Source: Patescibacteria group bacterium
Lineage (GTDB): Bacteria; Patescibacteriota; Patescibacteriia; Patescibacteriales; GWC2-42-12
Length of the DNA stretch: 64,000 nucleotides
Direction of reading: 5' to 3'
Assembly: GCA_041662965.1 (NCBI GenBank)
Contig: JBAZRI010000001.1
Location: 99,680-163,679 of the forward strand
A program made the position numbers and the translations under genes. Position 1 is the first letter of the stretch; each line of letters starts with the position of its first letter. Positions 52,012 to 61,100 of this stretch are shown in pieces. Under the pieces are notes generated by a model. That model did no database searches and had not been told where the DNA came from. It saw only the letters and a list, made by a program, of their open reading frames with translations.

Positions 52012-52047
52012 TAAAAAACACCCCGCAAATGCGGGGTGTTTTTTTTG
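52012..52047. terminator. Bidirectional intrinsic terminator
   Basis: aaaaaacaccccgc aaat gcggggtgtttttttt lies between convergent genes. Confidence 0.8.
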
Positions 52048-52051
52048 TTTA

Positions 52052-53380
52052 TTATTGTATTAAAAATTTGTATAACCCTTCCGAGTTGCCAATTTTTTCT
52101 GAAAAGTAAATAACGTCATTAGTTAATAAAAATGAATTAATAGCATCGAATTTTATTAATTCAGTACTGTTTCTTTTTTCTCTTTCATCCAGTTCAATGG
52201 CGTTGATTGTTCGCTCGGTTGAATAAATAATATAGTCTTTGCTTGGGTGCAAGATAGCGTTATTAATGGTATCGGAAATTCTGGTTATCAAAATTTTATT
52301 TTTTGTTTCCAAATTGTAAAGCCAAATTTCAAAATCATTGGCGTAGAGCAGGTTGCTGGAGTTTATCCAAAAGGTTGTTTTTATATTATTGATAATTTCC
52401 ACTAATGGCTGGTAGGCGGAAAAAGGGTCAATTAAATAAAGAATTTTATGGTCGTTATCGTAAATATTAAGCAAATTTTGTTTTTCATCAATAAAAGAGT
52501 AATTTGGAGCGGCCGGCAAGTTTATATTTTTTAGATTTTGGCCGGTCGCGGTATTTATAACTTCAAGATTAATCGCTTGGCCGGATTTAATAATCAAATA
52601 TAGATAATTATTTTTTACTAAGTAATCATTAAAAATTTTATCACTAATGATTTTTTTCGGCGAATTGGATGAATCCAGCCGGTAAATTGAATTTTTATCT
52701 TGATAGTACAGGATATTACCGCTCCATTTATAATTAAAGGAATTCGGCGTTAGTTTCTTTAAGTTTATGGCGTCGCTAGTATTAGCTAAATTATAGAGAT
52801 AATTATCAATTATTATTTTATTTTGGTCTTCGGACCAAAAAATATTTTTTCCGGGCAAGCCGTTTCGTTTAGTTGATTTTTCCGATTCGTCAGATAGATT
52901 TAAAAAGGTTATTAAATCGGCGGATAAAATAACCGCTTGATTTTTATCAGGCGCTAAGTTAATTGATCCGCTATCGGCCGAGGCAATTTGCACCGGCAGA
53001 TTATCTTTAAATAAATAAATGTTTTCGGCGAAAGTTGAAGCCCCGGGGTTAACGGTTAATTTTTTTTGCCAGCTCCAGTAGCCGTCTAGCTCAAGCCTTA
53101 AATTATATTCTCCGGGCAGTAAATTCTTTATTTTAGCCGGCGTGGCGATAAAATCATTTTTATTGAATATTGAGCTGGCAAAAGTTTCCTGGGGCTTTCC
53201 GTCTATGAATATTTTCGCCCCCTTGGGCTTGGAGTCAATGATAAACATGCCGGTTCTTTGGACGGAAAAGCCGTTTTTATTCAGCCGGTAGCCGGCCGCG
53301 TAAAGCATGATGGCCGGAGTCGCGATAATGAAAATTGATATGAAAATTATGCTTAAGATCCGCCTGGTGTTTAAAGTCAT
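52052..53380 (-). CDS. PEGA domain membrane-anchored protein with C-terminal beta-propeller-like region
   Basis: N-terminal TM, then IIDSKPKGAKIFIDGK...LLPGEYNLRLELDGYWSWQKKLTV (PEGA). AT-rich. Confidence 0.65.
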   Translation of the reverse strand: MTLNTRRILSIIFISIFIIATPAIMLYAAGYRLNKNGFSVQRTGMFIIDSKPKGAKIFIDGKPQETFASSIFNKNDFIATPAKIKNLLPGEYNLRLELDGYWSWQKKLTVNPGASTFAENIYLFKDNLPVQIASADSGSINLAPDKNQAVILSADLITFLNLSDESEKSTKRNGLPGKNIFWSEDQNKIIIDNYLYNLANTSDAINLKKLTPNSFNYKWSGNILYYQDKNSIYRLDSSNSPKKIISDKIFNDYLVKNNYLYLIIKSGQAINLEVINTATGQNLKNINLPAAPNYSFIDEKQNLLNIYDNDHKILYLIDPFSAYQPLVEIINNIKTTFWINSSNLLYANDFEIWLYNLETKNKILITRISDTINNAILHPSKDYIIYSTERTINAIELDEREKRNSTELIKFDAINSFLLTNDVIYFSEKIGNSEGLYKFLIQ

Positions 53381-53391
53381 TTAAAATTTAT

Positions 53392-54690
53392 TTAATTTAC
53401 TCTTTTAATGTCCGCGCCAAGCTTATTCAGCCGTTCGCAGATATTTTCATAGCCGCGGTCGATTGAATAAGAATTATAGAGGACGGACTTGCCTTTGGCG
53501 CCGAGCATGCAGATTAAAAGATTTATGGCCGGGCGCAAAGCCGGAGGGCAGATAATTTCGGCCGGCTTTAATTTAGTCGGCCCGGTGACGGTTACCCGAT
53601 GAGCGTCGTGGAGTATGACGTTGGCGCCGAGCTTATTGAGTTCAAGATAATAAACCGCCCGATTTTCATAAACCCAGTCGTGGACTAAAGTCTGCCCGTA
53701 AGTTTGGGTTAAGATGGGTAAAAACAAGGGTAAATTATCAATATTCAAGCCGGGGAAAGGGCGCCCGTAAATTTTATCCGGCAGAGCGCTTAACTTCGCG
53801 GGGATTATTTCCAGATCGGCCAGATCAAATCGGCCGTTAACCGATTTATAGGTTTTGCTGATTTTTATTTTTTGCCCCATGACTCTTAATTTTTCCAATT
53901 CCAAGCTTAAAAATTCCATGGGGCAGGCCGTGATTTTAAATCGTGAGGCCGTGGTGATGGCGATGGCGATAAAAGCCATGGATTCTATCGGGTCGGGCAT
54001 GATCGGATACTTAACGGGCTTAAGTTTTTTTACGCCGGTAATTTCCAGTTTGGTGGTGCCGATGCCTGTTATTTTCGCGCCGGCTCGGGCTAGAAAATAG
54101 CATAAATCCTGAACCATGTAATTTGATGAAGCCAGATTTATTTTTGTTTTGCCGGGGAGCGTAACCGCGGCTAAGATGGCGTTTTCGGTGGCCGTGTCGC
54201 CTGATTCATACATGGTGAAGCTTGAACCTTTGGCTCGGCCGCGGCTGATATGGAATAAGTTATTGGTTTTTTTCACCGCAATGCCTAAATGGTTTAAGGC
54301 GATGATATGCGGGCTGACCGTGCGCTTGCCTAGTTTACAGCCGCTGATTTTCGGCAGGGAAAATTTGTTAAAAATGGAAGACAAAGAGCCGATCAGCAAT
54401 ATGGCCGATCTGGTTTTTTCGTACGACTCTTTATTTATTTTGTTAAGGCTGATTTTACCGTCGTTGACGGCTTGTAAAGTATGCGGTCCGATCCAGCTTA
54501 TTTTCAGGCCGATAGAAGTCAAGATTTCAATTATCCGGTTTACTTCTTCAATGCGCGGCATATCGGTTAAAACCGTTTTTCCCTTAATCATGGGCAGGGC
54601 GCAAAGAATGGCTACGGCCGAATTTTTGGCCGAGTTGGTTTTTATCGTTCCTCTAAGTTTTTTACCGCCGTTGATTATGAAATTGGACAT
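53392..54690 (-). CDS. murA: UDP-N-acetylglucosamine 1-carboxyvinyltransferase
   Basis: FIINGGKKLRGTIKTNSAKNSAVAILCA and an active-site Cys loop LPKISGCKLGKRTVSPHI. Length is 432 aa. Confidence 0.9.
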   Translation of the reverse strand: MSNFIINGGKKLRGTIKTNSAKNSAVAILCALPMIKGKTVLTDMPRIEEVNRIIEILTSIGLKISWIGPHTLQAVNDGKISLNKINKESYEKTRSAILLIGSLSSIFNKFSLPKISGCKLGKRTVSPHIIALNHLGIAVKKTNNLFHISRGRAKGSSFTMYESGDTATENAILAAVTLPGKTKINLASSNYMVQDLCYFLARAGAKITGIGTTKLEITGVKKLKPVKYPIMPDPIESMAFIAIAITTASRFKITACPMEFLSLELEKLRVMGQKIKISKTYKSVNGRFDLADLEIIPAKLSALPDKIYGRPFPGLNIDNLPLFLPILTQTYGQTLVHDWVYENRAVYYLELNKLGANVILHDAHRVTVTGPTKLKPAEIICPPALRPAINLLICMLGAKGKSVLYNSYSIDRGYENICERLNKLGADIKRVN

Positions 54691-54730
54691 AAAAATTGAT
54701 ATATAGATTATACTTATTATTATCTATGAA

Positions 54731-54852
54731 AGCTTGCGCTAAATTTATTAAATTTTCTACTGCGCCTGCCTGCCGGTAGGCAGGGAACTCGGCCGAGATT
54801 ACTCGGCCTCAAACAGTCCTCGCTCGAAAATTAAATAAATTTAGCGCAAGCT
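54731..54852. repeat. Composite hairpin element E2
   Basis: The arms agcttgcgctaaatttattaaattttc and gaaaattaaataaatttagcgcaagct pair with 1 mismatch. Same core as E1. Confidence 0.85.
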
Positions 54853-54983
54853 ATTAATATAATCCATATTATTTATTATTATCATAGCCTAAATCCGCTT
54901 ATTTTTCAATGCCCGCGCCTAATTTGGCAAAACAAGCCGAGTTGTGATAATATGTAAGAGTAATGATTAAATGATTATTGTTT

Positions 54984-56270
54984 ATGGATAATATTAATTC
55001 ACCCGTAGCCGCGCCGGAGATTAAGAGGCGCAAGCGCTGGAAAATCGCCGGCGTTATTTTATTCGGCCTGATTTTGCTGGGGTCGGCTTTCGGCGCCGGC
55101 ATGATGTTAGCCCAAAAAAATGAATTTATTAAACGGGCGAGCGTAAAAGAGGCGGTTTACGCCGGCAAGCTTTATAATAAATACATTACCGCGCCGGCCA
55201 ATAAATTGACGGCTGATGTTGATTTTAATTTATTCTGGGACGTCTGGGACCAGCTTAAAGACAAATATGTTGATAAAGACAAGCTGGATGATAAAGCGAT
55301 GTTTTACGGCGCGCTTAGGGGCTTGGTTGAGTCAATCGGCGATCCTTACACCGTTTTTATGGAGCCTAAAGTAGCCAAGGAATTTTCCGATGATTTGGCC
55401 GGGACGTTTGAAGGCATCGGCGCGGAAATAGGGAAGAAGGATAATATTATAACCATTGTCGCGCCTTTGGCCGATATGCCGGCGGAAAAAGCCGGCCTGC
55501 AGTCCGGCGATAAGATTTACGCCATTAACGGCGAATCAACGGCCGGCTTGGAGATTGATGAAGCGGTTAATAAGATCCGCGGGCCGAAAGGCACGGAAGT
55601 CACTTTGACGATTTTTAGGGAGAGTTTTGAAAAAACCAAAGATTTTAAAATAATCAGGCAGCCGATCGTGGTTAAAAGCGTTAGGACAAAAATGGGCGAT
55701 GATAAAATATTTGTTATTACCATAACTAATTTTAATGATGACACCAGCGAGCTGTTTAAAAAAGCGGCCGCGGAAGCGGTGGAAAAGAATCCTAAAGGCC
55801 TTATTCTTGACTTAAGGAATAATCCGGGCGGATATTTGGAAACGGCGATTGACGTGGCCAGCGAATGGGTTGACCAAGGCGCGGTGGTAACCGAGCAATT
55901 CAGCCCGGAAAAAAAGAATGAATATTTGCACCGCGGCCGGGCCAGGCTGAAAGATTTTCCAACCGTAGTGCTGGTTAACCAGGGCAGCGCTTCGGCCTCG
56001 GAAATCGTTGCCGGAGCTTTAAAAGACAATGACAAAGCGACTGTCGTGGGCATGAAGACTTTCGGCAAAGGTTCGGTGCAGACTTTAGAGGATATGAAAG
56101 ACGGTTCGTCGGTGAAAATTACCGTGGCTAAATGGCTGACGCCCAAAGGTTATAATATTAATCATGAAGGCATAGCGCCCGACGTTGAAGTTGACCTTAC
56201 CGTGGAAGATTTTAATAAAGATATAGATCCGCAGATGGCTAAAGCGGCGGAAATATTAAATAAGAAGTAA
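54984..56270 (+). CDS. ctp: C-terminal processing peptidase (S41, Ctp/Prc family)
   Basis: GIGAEIG, PDZ PAEKAGLQSGDKIYAING, LDLRNNPGGYL, VLVNQGSASASEI and TFGKGSVQ. ATG at 54984; the track start at 54978 is TTG. Confidence 0.9.
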   Translation: MDNINSPVAAPEIKRRKRWKIAGVILFGLILLGSAFGAGMMLAQKNEFIKRASVKEAVYAGKLYNKYITAPANKLTADVDFNLFWDVWDQLKDKYVDKDKLDDKAMFYGALRGLVESIGDPYTVFMEPKVAKEFSDDLAGTFEGIGAEIGKKDNIITIVAPLADMPAEKAGLQSGDKIYAINGESTAGLEIDEAVNKIRGPKGTEVTLTIFRESFEKTKDFKIIRQPIVVKSVRTKMGDDKIFVITITNFNDDTSELFKKAAAEAVEKNPKGLILDLRNNPGGYLETAIDVASEWVDQGAVVTEQFSPEKKNEYLHRGRARLKDFPTVVLVNQGSASASEIVAGALKDNDKATVVGMKTFGKGSVQTLEDMKDGSSVKITVAKWLTPKGYNINHEGIAPDVEVDLTVEDFNKDIDPQMAKAAEILNKK

Positions 56271-56295
56271 ATAATTATTATTGTAAATTGCATGA

Positions 56296-56437
56296 TGTTT
56301 GGGATAAATTTATAAAATTTTCTACTGCGCCTGCCTGCCGGCAGGCAGAGAACTTGTCCGAGATTACTCGGGCTCAAACCTGCCTGCCGGCAGGCAGGCA
56401 GTCCTCGCACGAAAATTTTACAAATTTATCCCAAACA
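56296..56437. repeat. Composite hairpin element E3 (two family B palindromes)
   Basis: The arms tgtttgggataaatttataaaattttc and gaaaattttacaaatttatcccaaaca pair with 1 mismatch. The core carries palindromes at both sites (56330-56349 and 56379-56398). Confidence 0.85.
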
Positions 56438-56450
56438 AAACATAATTCAT

Positions 56451-58094
56451 ATGGCCAATAAAAAGAAAGGTAAAATAGCAAAATATATTTTCATCGTCGG
56501 CGGCGTTATGTCTTCCGTGGGCAAGGGCGTGGCGGCGGCTTCGGTAGGGAATATCCTGCAGTCGCGGGGCTACCGGGTGGCTAATATCAAGTGTGATATG
56601 TACGTTAATGTCGATGCCGGCACAATCCGGCCGGCGGAACACGGCGAGGTTTTTGTAGGCGAGGACGGAGTTGAAGCGGATCAGGATCTTGGAAATTACG
56701 AACGGTTCACCGGCAATGACTGTCTTAGGGATAATTATATTACCACCGGCCAGGTGTATCAGGAAGTGATCAGGCGCGAGCGGAATCTTGAATACGGAGG
56801 CGAGGACGTCGAGGTCGTTCCCGATATACCGAATGAGATTATCCGGCGGATAAAACTTTGCCAGGCCAAGAATAACGCGGAAATAACAGTAATTGAATTC
56901 GGCGGCACGGTCGGGGAATACCAGCTGCTATTATTTCTGGAAGCCGCCCGGATGATGAAAGCTAGAGATCCGCAGGGAGTATTTTTTATCATGGTGAGTT
57001 ATCTGCCCACTCCGAAACTTTTAGGCGAGCAGAAATCAAAACCGACTCAATTCGCGATCCGGACGCTTAATTCTTCCGGGATCGCGCCTGATTTCATCCT
57101 CTGCCGGGCCGATCGGCCGGTGGACCCAGGTATTAAGCGCACGATTAGCATAGTCTGCTCTTTGCCTGAAGAAAGGATTATTTCCGCTCCTGATATTTAT
57201 TCTATTTACGACGTGCCGGTTAATTTCGAGAAAGAGAATTTCGGTGAAATAGTATTGAAATCCATGGGTCTTAAGGCGCGAAAAAAGGATTTGCGGGCAT
57301 GGACCGGCCTTTCAAAGAAAATTAGAAAAATATCACGAACGGTTACCATCGGCATTGTCGGCAAATATTTTAATTTTAAATCCTGCCGCGATACTTATAT
57401 TTCCGTGATAGAATCAATTAATCATGCGGCCTGGGCAGAGAACCGCCGGCCGGAAATTTTATGGCTTGATGCGGAAAAATATGAAAAAGATAAAAAAAAT
57501 CTGAAAGAACTCGACAAACTGGACGGTATTATCGTGCCTGGCGGTTTCGGCCGGCGCGGCACCGAGGGCATGATCCTAGCGGCCGAATACGCGCGGAAAC
57601 GCAAAATTTCTTACTTTGGATTGTGTTTAGGCATGCAAATACTGACGATCTCGTTCGCCCGGTACGTTTTAGGCTTGAAAGACGCTAATTCCACTGAACT
57701 TGATTCTAAAACGAAAAATCCGGTTATTTGCACCATGGATGAGCAGAAAGACCTGATTAAAAATAAGCAGTACGGCGGCACTATGCGATTAGGCGCTTAT
57801 GCGGCGGAGCTAATTAAAAATTCCTTAAGCTATAAAGCGTATAAAACTCTAAATATATCGGAAAGACATAGACATCGTTATGAATTCAATAATGAATATA
57901 GGGAAAAATTAAAGGAGGCCGGGCTGAAAATAGCCGGAGTTAATAAAAAAAATGATTTGGTGGAAATCGTTGAAGTAGCCGATCATCCCTGGATGCTCGG
58001 CACTCAATTTCACCCGGAGTTTAAATCCCGGCCGCTGGACCCGCATCCGCTGTTTGTGGAGTTTATCAGAGCCTGCGTTAAATTAAAGAAGTAG
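56451..58094 (+). CDS. pyrG: CTP synthase
   Basis: KYIFIVGGVMSSVGKGVAAAS and the glutaminase triad region GLCLGMQ ... QFHPEF. Confidence 0.95.
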   Translation: MANKKKGKIAKYIFIVGGVMSSVGKGVAAASVGNILQSRGYRVANIKCDMYVNVDAGTIRPAEHGEVFVGEDGVEADQDLGNYERFTGNDCLRDNYITTGQVYQEVIRRERNLEYGGEDVEVVPDIPNEIIRRIKLCQAKNNAEITVIEFGGTVGEYQLLLFLEAARMMKARDPQGVFFIMVSYLPTPKLLGEQKSKPTQFAIRTLNSSGIAPDFILCRADRPVDPGIKRTISIVCSLPEERIISAPDIYSIYDVPVNFEKENFGEIVLKSMGLKARKKDLRAWTGLSKKIRKISRTVTIGIVGKYFNFKSCRDTYISVIESINHAAWAENRRPEILWLDAEKYEKDKKNLKELDKLDGIIVPGGFGRRGTEGMILAAEYARKRKISYFGLCLGMQILTISFARYVLGLKDANSTELDSKTKNPVICTMDEQKDLIKNKQYGGTMRLGAYAAELIKNSLSYKAYKTLNISERHRHRYEFNNEYREKLKEAGLKIAGVNKKNDLVEIVEVADHPWMLGTQFHPEFKSRPLDPHPLFVEFIRACVKLKK

Positions 58095-58192
58095 AATATT
58101 TATAAAAATTTCATCCCAATTTTGTACAATAATATGTAATAAATAAAAAGAGTAAAATAGCAATTGAAAGTTGCTATTATGCCAATAAAATT

Positions 58193-61100
58193 ATGCCTAA
58201 AAGCAATAAATTTGTTGCCAGCCCAGTATTTTTTATGCTGGTTTTTTTATTTATTTTTTCTTGGCCATGGCTGTCGTCTGCCGAAGATGGAGATCCTATG
58301 TATGGCTATGAAAGAGAAACTAATCAAGGTAAGTTAAATATTGAAACGGATTCGGCTACCGGCGCTTTTATTTTTAACTACCCGATTGTAGTTCCTCCCG
58401 GAAGAAACGGAATACAGCCGGATTTAAATTTATCATATAACAATCAATCGGAAGATCTTGACAGTCCATTTGGCTATGGTTGGTCGATCAATATTCCTTA
58501 CATTGAACGAATTAACCGCAAGGGATCTGAGGATTTATTTTCTACTGAATATTTTTATTCTTCAATGAGCGGTGAATTAAGAGCAAGCTCTACCGTTGAA
58601 GGAATGATTATGGCGAGTATGGGGAGAAGCGACACGCCAGCATTTTATGTATGGGATTTTAAAATTTCCATGACAACTCCGGAAAATATTATTGAGACTG
58701 AGCCGGAGTCATTTTCTGATTTGCTAATTGACACCCTCGAAGACATAAATAATCGAATAGACAAAACCGATATCCCGGAAGCATATCAACTGAAAGTGGA
58801 TAAAAAAGGCGATATTTTAGAGAGTAAGGAGATTGATTGGGTAGTTAAAAAAGAGGACGGGACGCTAGAGAACAAAGGTAAAATAATGGTGTATGATTAT
58901 ATCTCTGATAAAAAAGTAAGCCAAGGGAAAATAGAAAGAGATGGTAAATTTATTGAAGAAGATTTATCCAAAAGAACCGGCAATGCCCGCTTTTACAAAA
59001 CCGGGAAAAAGGTAGGAAGCGAAGAAGAGATAGTCGGACAGTTTTATTCAGGCACCCCTTTTATTAAAGTAGGTAATGAATGGCATCATTCTGAAACAGC
59101 CACGACTACTGTTGAAGCATTTAAAAAACAAACCGGAAATAATTTAATCGGGATGATATTCGGGGTTGGAGCAACTGCGGCTACAAGCACTATCTACTCT
59201 GGATCCGGAGACGGCAGGACAAATCAGGCTAACGCAGATTGGAATACATGCCGTAACGCTACGACAGGCAATGACGCAAGCTATACACAAAATTATCTTA
59301 CGCCAACCGTCAGTAAAGACGCTACTTTGTATTATATTGGAAGATCGAATATTCCCGCGGACACATCTTCTCTACCTGACGATACCACTATTTCCGAAGC
59401 TACTTTGCATGTTTATAAAGAAGGCGGCGCTGGCACAGGCACAACCAGTTTGGCCGTTGTTACTACTAGCCAGGCCAGCCCGATTTCATTAACAGCCGCT
59501 GATTATGATCAATATGGAAGCGCGGACTTAGGGAATTTTGAAGTTTCTACAAGCGATGCCAACGAAACGGAATATACCGCGAGTATTTCTGACCCGGAAG
59601 CTAATATTAGCAAGACCGGATATACAATGTTGGGGTTAAGAGATAAGACATATGACATGAATAATTTACCGCAAACAGGATATTATTATACTCATCTTCA
59701 CTCTTCCGAATACACGGGGACGGATTATGACCCTTATTATGAAATTACTTATACCATGCCTCTCGCGCCATCAACTCCCTCTGATTTATTAGTTGAAAAT
59801 TTAGCTAATCCATCCGCCGTATTTGATAATGCTCCTGAATTTTCAGCAATCTACAATGATCTTGATTCCGGCGATAACGCGGTTAATTATCAACTTCAGG
59901 TTTCAGCTTCAAACACGGATTGGACTAGTACGTTGTGGGATAGCGGTAAAACTTTTATGGCGACTACCACCGAGGGAAGCAGATGTAATGATATTTCTTA
60001 CGCTAGCTCTGCTCCCTTGCCTTTTAACGGAGCGACATACTATTGGCGCATCAAATTTTGGGACGACGAAAATAACGAAGGAGCATGGAGCGATGGCAAT
60101 AATTATTTTACTATGTCAGGTGAATACGGAGCAAAATCGGAAAATGGAGATTTTATTAAATATGAATATATAAATGCTGAAAAATGGACAGCCACAACTA
60201 AGGACGGCACTGTTTATAAATTCGGCCATGCTACCAGCACAAAGCAATTTGACTCCGCCACCTCAACTAATATATTTAAATGGATGCTGGAAGAAGTAAG
60301 AGACAGAAATAATAATTATATTAAATATGAATATTATAATGACAATGGACAAATTTATCCATATAAAATAATTTATACAGGCAATAATACAACTGATGGT
60401 ATATTTGAAGTTGAGTTTTTACGGGAATCAAGGGATGATGCTATCAAACAACATAATTCCGGATTTAAAGTTCAGACTGGCTATAGAATTTATGAAATAA
60501 AAGCGAATATTAATGGCGCGTGGGCGAGAAAATATGAGTTAGATTATATAACCGGAGATAATGATAAAAAGTCCTTACTAGATTCAATTACCGAATCGGG
60601 CATCAATGAACAGAATAGCACAATCACGCTTCCGAAAGATGAATTTGCTTATCAGGCTAAAACTAAAAGCTGGACGCATGATGATGGTTATACCATACCT
60701 ACGGATATTGTAAAAAGCGACGGTAAAGACGTTGGCGCCCGTTTTGCGGAGGTTAACGGTGATGGGCTGATTGATGTAATCACTGACCCTTACGTCTATA
60801 CAAACGACGGTGATGGAACAGGCTGGACCGTAACAGATTATAATATGCCTGTTTATTCTACTAACCAATACAGTAATGACCTGGGCGTTCGTATAGCCGA
60901 TGTTAACGGCGATGGTTTAGCGGACATACTCCAAAGCACGGAATCCGAGAATAAAGTTTACATTAAAAGCGGAAGCGATACGGGCTGGATTTATGACAGT
61001 AATTATACTATTCCTGAAGATTTTATTTTTTCCGGATATAAGGATGCCGGCGTTCGCTTGGTTGACGTAAACGGCGACGGTTTAACCGATATAATTTTTG

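Noticed and set aside
54765-56398. CRISPR array, considered because the CCTGCCTGCCGG.AGGCAGG palindrome recurs.
   Set aside because: The copies are not regularly spaced. They are scattered over 47 kb, embedded in other repeats, and no cas genes are present.
58179-58337. 52-codon ORF starting at ATG 58179 and overlapping the start of the giant gene in another frame.
   Set aside because: It is hydrophobic only because it shadows the signal-peptide region. The frame starting at 58193 continues for 1,936 codons with clear domain content.
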